The notes under the pieces were generated by a model, which saw only the letters and a list, made by a program, of their open reading frames with translations, ran no database searches and had not been told where the DNA came from. Below are positions 49,317 through 59,840 of a stretch of 64,000 bases of DNA, piece after piece (position 1 is the stretch's first letter; each line of letters opens with the position of its first letter). Source of the stretch: Salinispira sp. (GTDB taxonomy: Bacteria; Spirochaetota; Spirochaetia; DSM-27196; Salinispiraceae); assembly GCA_965602015.1 (NCBI GenBank), contig OZ271918.1:2720001-2784000 (forward strand). Reading direction: 5' to 3'. The position numbers and the translations under genes were made by a program.

Positions 49317-50599
49317 TATTCCTCCCACTTTTTGATCAGGCTGCAGCAATTAAGGCCGCCGAATCCGAATGAATTTTTAAGCATGTACTTCACCTCCCAC
49401 TCCACGGGACCGTCGGCGCACACATCGGCCTCGATCTGGGGATCCAGGTTATCGACGTTGATGGTCGGGTGCAGTTTACCGTGATTCATCTGCATAATGC
49501 CCCCGATGGTTTCTACCAGGGGACTGGCCCAGCAGGTATGGCCAAGCATGGATTTGGGGGCGTTGATTTTCATGTTCTTGATATGCTCGCCAAACACGTT
49601 TTTGAGCGCGGTGAACTCCTGCACGTCTCCGGCGGGGGTGCCGGTCGCGTGGCAGTTCGCGTAGGAGACTTGCTCGGGCTTAACGCCGGCATCCTCCAGG
49701 ACCTTCCGCATGACCCAGGCCTGATGTTCGGATCCAGGCATGGGCAGATGGTTCGCGTTGGCATTTGCCCGGACCGCTAAGATTTCCGCGTATATCTTCG
49801 CGCCGCGGGCTTGGGCTGACTCCAGGGTCTCCACCACCAGAGCGGCGGATCCGTGACTGTACACGAATCCGTTTCGTCCGGTATCGAAGGGCCGACAGGC
49901 CTTTTCGGGATTATCATTAAGCTCTTTATCCATCACCACCGAATTGATGATGACTGAAGCCTGAATATCAGGCTCGGCGACATCGAAAAGGGCTCCGCTG
50001 ACCAGGGCCCGCTCGACCTCTCCGGACTTAATATCCCTGAAGGCATCCCTCAGAGCCAGGTTACCGCTGGCGCAGGCGCCGCCAACGGTGTAGCAGGGGC
50101 CGTGGACCTGCAGAACTTCGGAGATCAGGGCGGGCACATTGTTGTCGATGGCTTCTACGGAGCTGAGGGGATCGAGATACTCGGGCTCCTCCTGATACTG
50201 CTTGCTCATTTTATATATGTACTTTGAGTTGAGGTTATGACCGCCGACTACAACCATGGTCATGTAGGGATCGATATCCCGTGCTTCCAGACCGGCATCG
50301 AGCCAGGCATTTTGCGCCGTCAGGACGGCAGTTCGGGACGAGAATGTGGCACTGCGGAAGAGTTTGCGGACCCTCTTGAACTTTGCCTCCCCGATATTGT
50401 CCTTGATGCGCTCCAGGGCCGCGGCGGTGTCGTAATCTCCCAGATCCCCTCCAACCCGGTTTTCACAGGCATCGAGGTCAAGGCTCTCCCATTTTTTTAC
50501 TCCGGATTTTCCGGCCAGCAGGTTATCGTAATACTGGTCAACGTCATCTCCCAAGGGATTGATTGTTGCCATACCGGTTATAACTATTCGAGTGCTCAT
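49316..50599 (-). CDS. Stand-alone ketosynthase (PksF-like, catalytic Cys retained)
   Basis: VVGGHNL, TVGGACASG, NCHATGT, KSMLGH and NSFGFGG. Confidence 0.88.
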   Translation of the reverse strand: MSTRIVITGMATINPLGDDVDQYYDNLLAGKSGVKKWESLDLDACENRVGGDLGDYDTAAALERIKDNIGEAKFKRVRKLFRSATFSSRTAVLTAQNAWLDAGLEARDIDPYMTMVVVGGHNLNSKYIYKMSKQYQEEPEYLDPLSSVEAIDNNVPALISEVLQVHGPCYTVGGACASGNLALRDAFRDIKSGEVERALVSGALFDVAEPDIQASVIINSVVMDKELNDNPEKACRPFDTGRNGFVYSHGSAALVVETLESAQARGAKIYAEILAVRANANANHLPMPGSEHQAWVMRKVLEDAGVKPEQVSYANCHATGTPAGDVQEFTALKNVFGEHIKNMKINAPKSMLGHTCWASPLVETIGGIMQMNHGKLHPTINVDNLDPQIEADVCADGPVEWEVKYMLKNSFGFGGLNCCSLIKKWEE

Positions 50600-50662
50600 A
50601 CTTTGTTAACTCCATTGCCCGTCGCCATAAAAACGCGAGCGGGATTTATAAATTGACTGCTA

Positions 50663-51610
50663 CTAGCTGATTTTGTCGATTGCCTCGATGGTGCCTGCGG
50701 GTTTTGCCCGTAATTCTTTGTAGAAAGATTTCCACAGGCCGCCTAAAACCTTGCCCGGTCCGACCTCGAGAACCAGATCGTCTTCTGCGCCGGTTATGAT
50801 TGAGTTGTCGATGAGGTACTGCATGGATGAAACCCATTGCACCGTTGAAACGATCTGTTCACCGGCCCGCAGCCGGGCTTTGTCTCCGCTCTCAAGCGGC
50901 CTTCCCGTAACATTCGAAATAATGGGCAGCTTAGGATCGGAAAAGCGTAGGTTCGCGGTGCGCTGCTGGAATTCCTTTCGGGCGCTCTCCAGAAGAGGCG
51001 AATGAAAGGGGCCGCTGACTTTGAGCCGAACGACTTTCATTGCGCCGGCCTCATCAAGGGCGGCTTCGGCGGCATCAAGGCCTTCGGCGGTGCCGGCAAT
51101 CACCATCTGAACCGGAGAACTGTGATTGGCTATGAATACACCCTTTCCCGCGAGGGGTTCTACCACAGCCCGGGCATCTTCAAAGGGGAGGCCCAGGACC
51201 GCTGACATTGCGCTGGGTCCCACGGGGCTGTCGGCAGCCCGGGAGCCTTTTTCCATCACTTCGCCGCGGATTGCCACCGCTTCAAAGAGGTCTTGAGTCG
51301 AAAGCACACCGGCTTCGTGCAAGGCGGCGTACTCGCCGACGGAAAAACCCATGACCGCGTCGGGTGTGAATCCCTTGGAACGCAGCAGGGCTGCCGCGCT
51401 AATGTTCATCAGGGTGACAGCCGCCTGGGTATTGTCGGTTTGCTTGAGGTCATCCTCGCTTCCATCAAACATCAACGCCGCCATGTCTTTTCCCAGCACC
51501 CGGGAAGCCGAGGCAAACAGCCCCCGGACCTCATCGCTGGCCTCGTACAAATCTTTCGCCATACCCGGATACTGGGCTCCCTGACCGGGAAATAAAAAAA
51601 CCGTGCTCAT
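50663..51610 (-). CDS. fabD: Malonyl-CoA:ACP transacylase
   Basis: FPGQGAQ, GFSVGEY, R, VSGPFHS and EVGPG. Confidence 0.9.
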   Translation of the reverse strand: MSTVFLFPGQGAQYPGMAKDLYEASDEVRGLFASASRVLGKDMAALMFDGSEDDLKQTDNTQAAVTLMNISAAALLRSKGFTPDAVMGFSVGEYAALHEAGVLSTQDLFEAVAIRGEVMEKGSRAADSPVGPSAMSAVLGLPFEDARAVVEPLAGKGVFIANHSSPVQMVIAGTAEGLDAAEAALDEAGAMKVVRLKVSGPFHSPLLESARKEFQQRTANLRFSDPKLPIISNVTGRPLESGDKARLRAGEQIVSTVQWVSSMQYLIDNSIITGAEDDLVLEVGPGKVLGGLWKSFYKELRAKPAGTIEAIDKIS

Positions 51611-51622
51611 ATAAACCGTCCC

Positions 51623-52750
51623 TTACAATGACTTGCCGTATACCCGGTGAGTCCGATAATGCTCGGCTCCCCAGTTTTCAAGCATATTCCTCAGATCGAG
51701 ATTGGATTCCAGAATCCAGCTGAACTCCGCCCCCGCTATGCCCATGCCGACGCTTCGCTTGTACAGTTCGTAGACGAACAGGGCGTCGATTCCCTTCTTT
51801 TGGTAGGCCTTGCGCACGCCGAATGCGGCGATGCGGATGTTCTCGCATTTTTTCTTGCCCGCCAGAAGCTTAAAGACCCCGAAAGGAAGAATTTTACCGT
51901 TTAAACCGTGGAAGACCGGGTTTAGATCGGGGATGGGGAAGGCAAAACCCACCGGCTCGCCGTCGACATAGGCGAACAAGGTAATATCGGGCATTATCGC
52001 CATCTTCAACCCGTCGGCCAGTTGATCGAATTCCTGTTTATTCCAGGGGACATATCCCCAGTTGTCAGTCCATGCGTCATCCCACATATCCCGGACGTAG
52101 TCAAGATCGCGCTTCCAATTCTTCATATCGACATTGCGGATCTCCACCCTGCTCCGTTTCCGGGCCAGTTCGGCAACCCGGACGATTTTGTCGCTGAGTT
52201 TCATGGTGGTTTTCATGCGGTAGGAATACAGATCCTGGTCCTTGGTGTAACCGGCGGACTCATAGTGTTTTCCGTAGTACGGCGGGTTGTAGGGCATCTC
52301 GATAACCGGCAGGGTTTCGAAACTGTCTATCTGGTTACCAAGCTGATAATTGGTCGAACCGTGAACCGGTCCCATGGCCTTTTCCATTCCCCGCTCGCGC
52401 AGCCAATCCTCTGCGGCGGCGAACAGCGCGGAAGATACCTCTTCATCGTCGTAGGCCTCGAAGAAGCCCACAAATCCGGTTTTGGTATTCTGATACGTGC
52501 AAAAAGCGCGGTCCACGATGGCGACGATGCGGCCCACAACCTCACCGTCCCTCCAGGCGAGGAACTCCTGCAGCTCCGCATGATCGAATAGTCCGTTATG
52601 CTTGCGGTCGAAAAGGTGCTTCACATCCATATCTAAGGGCGGGACCCAGGCGTCATATTTCGTCGCCTGGCCGCGGTACACCCGATAAGGAAATTTCATA
52701 AAGCGTGAAAAATCCTTTTTGCCGTCTAACGGCCTCACTTCAACTGCCAT
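51623..52750 (-). CDS. Tandem-GNAT acyltransferase resembling bacterial ceramide synthase (bCerS/YghO family)
   Basis: F.KFPYRVY...WVPPL, VVGRI.AI, GFFE, MPYNPPYY, NWGYVP and SWILESN. Confidence 0.7.
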   Translation of the reverse strand: MAVEVRPLDGKKDFSRFMKFPYRVYRGQATKYDAWVPPLDMDVKHLFDRKHNGLFDHAELQEFLAWRDGEVVGRIVAIVDRAFCTYQNTKTGFVGFFEAYDDEEVSSALFAAAEDWLRERGMEKAMGPVHGSTNYQLGNQIDSFETLPVIEMPYNPPYYGKHYESAGYTKDQDLYSYRMKTTMKLSDKIVRVAELARKRSRVEIRNVDMKNWKRDLDYVRDMWDDAWTDNWGYVPWNKQEFDQLADGLKMAIMPDITLFAYVDGEPVGFAFPIPDLNPVFHGLNGKILPFGVFKLLAGKKKCENIRIAAFGVRKAYQKKGIDALFVYELYKRSVGMGIAGAEFSWILESNLDLRNMLENWGAEHYRTHRVYGKSL

Positions 52751-52788
52751 GAATAGCTCCTCAAGGTTTCCGGTGTAATATGGTCAGC

Positions 52789-52818
52789 AGTATACGGGGA
52801 ATTCTCAAAAATTGGCAA
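52789..52818 (-). promoter_or_regulatory. Candidate sigma70-type promoter of the lipid cluster
   Basis: Minus strand reads TTGCCA-18 bp-TATACT, about 40 bp upstream of the GNAT start. Confidence 0.45.
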
Positions 52819-52915
52819 GGTATGCCGAATCGGGTTCAGAGTCGCACAGCGCAGGGCATACATGCGGCATTCCGCCTTCTCTGTTATATTCCGGTGCACC
52901 TTCTCTATTATATAT

Positions 52916-52943
52916 AAAAAAAAGACCGGCCGGCGGCCGGTCT
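52916..52943 (-). terminator. Rho-independent terminator
   Basis: Stem AGACCGGCC-ggc-GGCCGGTCT followed by a U-run on the minus strand, downstream of the 53015 gene. Confidence 0.75.
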
Positions 52944-53014
52944 CTTAATACTGCATACAATGCCTGTACCCCGGCGACAGATTCGTACGCGGGGGCACGT
53001 ACCGATTATACGGG

Positions 53015-53677
53015 CTATTCCGGCGTTCCCCCGGGAAGAACGGTCTGGGTCGCATCATCGACCCGGGCGGCAAAATGGGTGTCGAAGAGGGCGCTGTTCC
53101 GGCTGTCCGAAATCTCAATAAAACCGTCGGTTCCCACATCGGCGTTTTGCAGGTCCGCATCGGTCATGCTGCTGAACCAGTCGTCAGGATTGAGCACTAC
53201 CTGGATTTCGTAATTCTGGCCGGCTTCCACAGTCAGCTCTCCGGCCACCGCTTCAAAAACTTCCCCGGAAATAAACACCACCCGGATGTTGTTGCCGTTC
53301 CAGGTGCCTTCGAGCAGAATGCTGGGAGTCGAACCGTCATCGAGTAATTCGGCTCCGAAATTAACACTTCGGTATACCCCGGGAGTCAACACAAAAGACG
53401 GAAGCGCCGGTTCCGACACACCGGTTAACAGGTTCACTACGCTCAGCGAAGGCTCGGTAACCGAAACCGAACCGTCAGGTCCATCGTAATCGAATACTAT
53501 TTCGGTAATTCGGGCTTCGGCAGTGGTCCACACCGGCAGTTCAGTCAAAGCCCGTGAGGTTACGCTGGGGTGCAGTACGAATTTCGTACTGACAACGGGT
53601 TCCGAGTTAAACAGGCTGCAGCCTGCGGTAATGACGAGCAATAGCAGCATCGCCAACGGCGTAATAATTCGTTTCAT
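53015..53677 (-). CDS. Hypothetical lipoprotein
   Basis: MKRIITPLAMLLLLVITAGC lipobox, acidic beta-rich body. Confidence 0.7.
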   Translation of the reverse strand: MKRIITPLAMLLLLVITAGCSLFNSEPVVSTKFVLHPSVTSRALTELPVWTTAEARITEIVFDYDGPDGSVSVTEPSLSVVNLLTGVSEPALPSFVLTPGVYRSVNFGAELLDDGSTPSILLEGTWNGNNIRVVFISGEVFEAVAGELTVEAGQNYEIQVVLNPDDWFSSMTDADLQNADVGTDGFIEISDSRNSALFDTHFAARVDDATQTVLPGGTPE

Positions 53678-53804
53678 AATCATCCTCCTCTCGAATGATA
53701 TGAGCGGAAAATTAACACCATCATATTCAAAAAACCATATGCAGCAATTTTTTTTTGGATTTTTGAAAAGAAAATGTCAGCGCTTTTTTACCTAATGGAA
53801 ATTT

Positions 53805-55943
53805 CTACGAACCGGCGGGTACAAAATCCGCCTTCTGTTCGTCCACCGACACGGCGGAAACTATCACATCGATGGGATCTCCGAGGCGATAGATCTTTCC
53901 GCTCTCCCGGCCCCGAAGCTGATACAGCTGTTCGTCGAACTCGTAACGGTCATCCTTCATGCTGCTCAAATGGATGAGACCGTCTATCAGGTATTCGCTG
54001 AGCCTGACGAAGAGTCCGAAGCTCGTCACTCCGGAAACGACGCCGGATGCTTTGACACCGATACGCTTCACCAGAAATTCCATGCTCTTGATGCGGACAT
54101 ACTCCCGTTCCGCATCGGCGGCGCGGATCTCCATGCGGGTGGCGTGTTCGCAAATAGCCTGGAGTTCTGACAACGCGTTCGCATTCCCGCGGAATTTACG
54201 GGGGCTGGCTGCGCCGGGTGACAGGCTGCCTTCCATGCTCATACCTGATGCGGCGTAGCTCTTCAGAAGCCGATGGACAACGAGGTCGGCATAGCGGCGT
54301 ATCGGCGAGGTAAAATGGGTGTAGGCATCAAAAGCCAAACCAAAATGACCGCGGTTTTCCGTGTCGTACACCGCCTTGCTCATGGACCTCAGGGCAACGC
54401 TCTGCACCAGATCCCGATATTCGAAGTTTTCTATAATACCCAGCAGTTTCCGGTAGTCATCGCTTTCAAGTTCTCCGGCGGGAATTCGGTAATCGATGCC
54501 GTAGCTTTTTAACAGATCCAGCAGCGCCTGGCTGTCGGATATTTCCGGCTGGGCATGCACCCGGTAAATCAGCGGCGGAGAGCCGCAGGATTGGACATGC
54601 GAGGCCACCACCCTGTTGGCGAGAAGCATGCACTCCTCAACCAGTCGATGAGCGTCGAGGCGCTGCGACGGCCGTATTTGACGGGGCAGGCCCCGCTTAT
54701 CGAGGGTAATAACCGGTACCGAAGCGTCGAAATCGATGCTGCCAGCCTCTTCCCTTCGACGCCGCAGCAAAAGCGTTACCGCATGAAGAAGATTGAGTTC
54801 CCGGGCGTTGGGGTCAGCGGCCCCGTTGAGGACATTTTCCACTTCCTCGTAACTGTATCGCCGCTTGCTGCGGATTATGGATTCGCGTATTCGGTAGCCG
54901 ATCACCTCGGCCCGTGAATCCAGGGTCATAATCACGCTGTACGCCGGGCGGTCGACCTTTGGTTTCAGGCTGCACAGGTCGTTCGCCAGTTTTTCCGGCA
55001 GCATGGGTATGACGCTTCCGATGAAGTAAATGCTGGTTCCCCGCTCCCGGGCCTCCCGATCCAGAGCGCTGCCCGACGCGACGAAATGACTGACATCGGC
55101 AATATGTACCGCCAGTTCGAAATAGCCGTTTCCCAACTGCTTTATTGAGATGGCGTCGTCAAAGTCTTTCGCGCTGACCGGATCGATGGTGAGAACATTG
55201 TCGCGGCGAAGGTCCAAACGGGTCTTCTTAAGTTTGCGAAAGTCGGGGTTGCCGAGCGACTGACTCTCCTTGGCAACATTCTCGGGAAAGCTGCCCGGAA
55301 GCCCGCGAACCCGGGAAATAATTTTTAAGTCCATGCCCGGATCGTCGGCCTTGCCCAGAACCTCGGTTACCACTCCCCTTCGGTCCATCACCACGACCTG
55401 GCCGACCCTGGCAGTTCCCGGGACTTTGACCGGAATGTCTGTCGCAGGCCCCTGCTCCGGGACCAGTACCAGCGCACCGGATTTTGCCTTTTTCAGGACG
55501 CCTACGGTGAAGGAATCCGAAACCTCGAGGATGCGGTCAATTCGCCCTATGGGATTGCGGCCCTGCGGTCTGCTAATAACCCTCGCCCGCACCGTGTCAC
55601 CGTCGCGGGCCTCGCCGATTGCTTCAAGTGGAATAAACAGGTCTGTGCCTCCGGGCACAAGGACGAAACCAAAGCCCCGGTTATGGACAGAAAGCTTTCC
55701 GCTGAGGATTTCCGGACCCGCAGCAGCGTTTTTTGCTGGCGCCTGCCCGGAGGAACTTCTGTTTCCCCGGACTCTTCGGGGGGGGCGGCGGTCCTTCTCC
55801 CGAGCCTTGTCCTTTCTGGGGGTGACTTCCCCGCCGCTCCGGTTCTTGTGTTTTGCCGAGGGACGGCGGCGCCGGGATGATTTCTTTTTTATGTTTTCGC
55901 CCTCAGGAGGGCCATTTTTTTTCTGTGATCTGCTTTCACTCAT
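53805..55943 (-). CDS. rnr: Ribonuclease R
   Basis: CSD HNRGFGFV, TIDPVSAKDFDDA, HFTSPIRRYADL and a C-terminal S1 domain. Confidence 0.93.
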   Translation of the reverse strand: MSESRSQKKNGPPEGENIKKKSSRRRRPSAKHKNRSGGEVTPRKDKAREKDRRPPRRVRGNRSSSGQAPAKNAAAGPEILSGKLSVHNRGFGFVLVPGGTDLFIPLEAIGEARDGDTVRARVISRPQGRNPIGRIDRILEVSDSFTVGVLKKAKSGALVLVPEQGPATDIPVKVPGTARVGQVVVMDRRGVVTEVLGKADDPGMDLKIISRVRGLPGSFPENVAKESQSLGNPDFRKLKKTRLDLRRDNVLTIDPVSAKDFDDAISIKQLGNGYFELAVHIADVSHFVASGSALDREARERGTSIYFIGSVIPMLPEKLANDLCSLKPKVDRPAYSVIMTLDSRAEVIGYRIRESIIRSKRRYSYEEVENVLNGAADPNARELNLLHAVTLLLRRRREEAGSIDFDASVPVITLDKRGLPRQIRPSQRLDAHRLVEECMLLANRVVASHVQSCGSPPLIYRVHAQPEISDSQALLDLLKSYGIDYRIPAGELESDDYRKLLGIIENFEYRDLVQSVALRSMSKAVYDTENRGHFGLAFDAYTHFTSPIRRYADLVVHRLLKSYAASGMSMEGSLSPGAASPRKFRGNANALSELQAICEHATRMEIRAADAEREYVRIKSMEFLVKRIGVKASGVVSGVTSFGLFVRLSEYLIDGLIHLSSMKDDRYEFDEQLYQLRGRESGKIYRLGDPIDVIVSAVSVDEQKADFVPAGS

Positions 55944-56312
55944 TATTCTTCTTCTTTCATGCTTATATTTTTCTTACTCGCCGGGCCGGTAAACCAGAAT
56001 TGTCCTCCGCGCCGTCCACGCGCGCCGCCCAGGCCATGCGCACCGGCCAGGTCATGCGCACCGGCAAGCGAAGGACAAAGCCAGATATTCCGGCGGGAAT
56101 TAGATTGTTGCAGCGGATGTCGGCAGCGAATCTGCCGGGGTCGATGCGGCTCATTGATGCGGTCTTGAACTATTCTCCGCATTTCCGGTGAATCATTCCC
56201 GGATGTATTACTCAGAGTACAGTAGTTATAGAGGACAAGCAAGCATGGCGCCTGGAAGCTTGTTGGAAACTCTCGAAAGCCGGGTGTCACCGTCGAGATT
56301 CACCGCCAAGAG

Positions 56313-57227
56313 TTACTCTGCCGACCCTTTACGAGCCAGGCTAGCCCCCATTTTTAATGAAAGCAGCTTGGTCCGGTCGTCGTCGGCCCGGCTGGTCATA
56401 ACTACGGGAATCCGGGGCCCGATAAGATTTCCCGCAATGGTTGCCCCTGCCATATACGTGAAGGATTTATAGGCTACGTTCCCGCTGTTCAGGTCGGGAA
56501 AAAGCAGGATGTCCGCGTCTCCCGCCACTTCGCTTTCTATGCCCTTGGTAGCCGCAGCCTCGGCGGACAGGGCCACATCGAGACCGAAGGGTCCCTCGAT
56601 GACCGCCGAACCCAGCTCATCGACGAGGATGCCGTCGCGGTACTCATTGACCATCCGATCGGCGTCGATGGTGGCCGGAATTTTCTTGTTTACCGTCTCC
56701 ACCGGCGCAACCAGTCCGACCTTGGGCTTTTCAATACCCAGGGACCGGACGGTTTCCAGGGCGTTCTTGAGGATTATAATCTTCGTTTCGTAATCCGGCT
56801 GGATGTTGATTGCGCAATCGCTGAGAAAGACGATTTTGTGATAGGCCGGCATCTCGCAGGCGCCAATGTGGCTGGCGAGCCTGCCGGGTTCAACCAATCC
56901 GTATTCTTTATAAAATATCGCCCGGCTGAAGTTTGCTGTGTGCACCGATCCCTTCATTGCCACATCCGCCCGTCCGTCCCGCAGGGCTTCGGCAGTGAAT
57001 GCGCAGGCCTGGTCTTCCCGCTGGGCGGGGAGAATTTCTATCCGATCCCGGGGCACCTGGTACTCATCCGCGGCCTGCAGTATGCCCTCCGGGTCGCCGA
57101 TTAAGAGGAATCGGGCCCAGCTGTGTTCGCAGGCCTGGGCAACCGTAGTCATTATTGCCCGTTCCTGGGGAAACGGAATGGCAACCACCGATTCACCGGC
57201 GGGTTTAAAAAAATCGTCTAAATTCAT
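56313..57227 (-). CDS. ptb: Phosphate butyryl/acetyltransferase
   Basis: MKGSVHT, SDCAINIQP, EGPFGLDVA, GDADILLFP and TSRAD. Confidence 0.88.
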   Translation of the reverse strand: MNLDDFFKPAGESVVAIPFPQERAIMTTVAQACEHSWARFLLIGDPEGILQAADEYQVPRDRIEILPAQREDQACAFTAEALRDGRADVAMKGSVHTANFSRAIFYKEYGLVEPGRLASHIGACEMPAYHKIVFLSDCAINIQPDYETKIIILKNALETVRSLGIEKPKVGLVAPVETVNKKIPATIDADRMVNEYRDGILVDELGSAVIEGPFGLDVALSAEAAATKGIESEVAGDADILLFPDLNSGNVAYKSFTYMAGATIAGNLIGPRIPVVMTSRADDDRTKLLSLKMGASLARKGSAE

Positions 57228-57243
57228 CGCGCTGTTTCTCCGC

Positions 57244-58418
57244 TCATTTGGTCGCCGACTCAGGCCGGTACGTCGATACCGGCCGGCTGCCGTTCAGGGC
57301 TGAGAAGGCATTCTCCGCAAGGGCTTCCATTTCGCCTTCGCCGGGGCGCAAAAACAGCGGCGCGAGCCAGCTTAGCCGGGCCTTGAGTTCTTCCACCACC
57401 CGCTTACTGTGAGCCATGCCGCCGGTGAGGATAATTCCGTCGATCTCGCCCCTGAGGCTCGCGCCGTGCCCTGCGATTTCCCGGCTGATTTGATGCATCA
57501 TTGCCCTCAGGGTGAGGTCGGCCCTGGCATCGCCTTCAGCGATCATCGCCTCGGCGTCGCGCAAATCATTGACCCCGAGGTAGGCAACCATTCCGCCCTT
57601 GCCGACCAGACGCTTTTTTAAGGTTTTATGAATTTGTCCGCCGACCGTCGGGGTCTGTCCCTCATCTGCAAAGGCAGTCATGACTTCGGCCATGAGCTGG
57701 CCGGTGGGCAGTCCGCCGCAGCGCTCGGGCGAGAATGGTCCGTCGCCGTCCAGGGCGTTGTTTACGTCGATGACCCGGCCCCTTCGATGAGCGCCTACCG
57801 ATACCCCGCCGCCCATGTGGGCGACGATGAAGTTGCAGTCCTCATAGGAACGGCCCAGTTCGCGAGCCACCGAACGGGCGCAGGCTTTTTGGTTCAGGGC
57901 GTGAAAAATGCTTCGCCGAGAGATTTCCGGCATCCCCGAAATACGGGCTTCGTCCATCAGTTCGTCAACCACCACCGGATCGGCAATATAGGCGGGGCAG
58001 CAATGCCGCTGGGCGATTTCCCGGGCGATAATGCCCCCGAGATTACTGGCATGCTCGCCGTAAAATCCCTGGGAGAGATGGTCGATCATCACTTCGTCGA
58101 CGGCATACACCCCGCCGTTCATGGGAGCCAGCAGGCCTCCGCGGCCAATTACCGCCGAGAGCCCGCTGTCTCCGTAGCCATGGTCCTGCAGGAAGTCCGT
58201 CACCGCCTTGGCGCGGAAACCCTTCTGCTCCGCTACTCCGTCGAAGTTGCAGATTACATCGGCGGCATGAGAGAGAGTGGCGGCGGCGACCTCCTTGAGT
58301 TCCGCGGAACCCGATGGCCCCGCGGAAGAACCGCCGCCGCCGTTTGATGAAAACAGCGCCAGTTTGGTGCTGGTTGAACCGGGATTGATGACGAGGACAA
58401 GGGCGTCGGCCGCCTTCG

Positions 58419-58422
<4 letters not shown>
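57244..58422 (-). CDS. buk: Butyrate (branched-chain carboxylate) kinase
   Basis: INPGSTSTK, GRGGLL, HASNLG, FHALNQKA and HMGGGVSV. Confidence 0.93.
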
Positions 58423-59828
<1,406 letters not shown>

Positions 59829-59840
59829 GTTCTATATCTC

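Noticed and set aside
55943..56290. 115-aa and 63-aa ORFs between ptb and rnr, containing an 18-bp duplication (about 56030-56065)
   Set aside because: No family motifs and competing frames, so a gene call cannot be supported.
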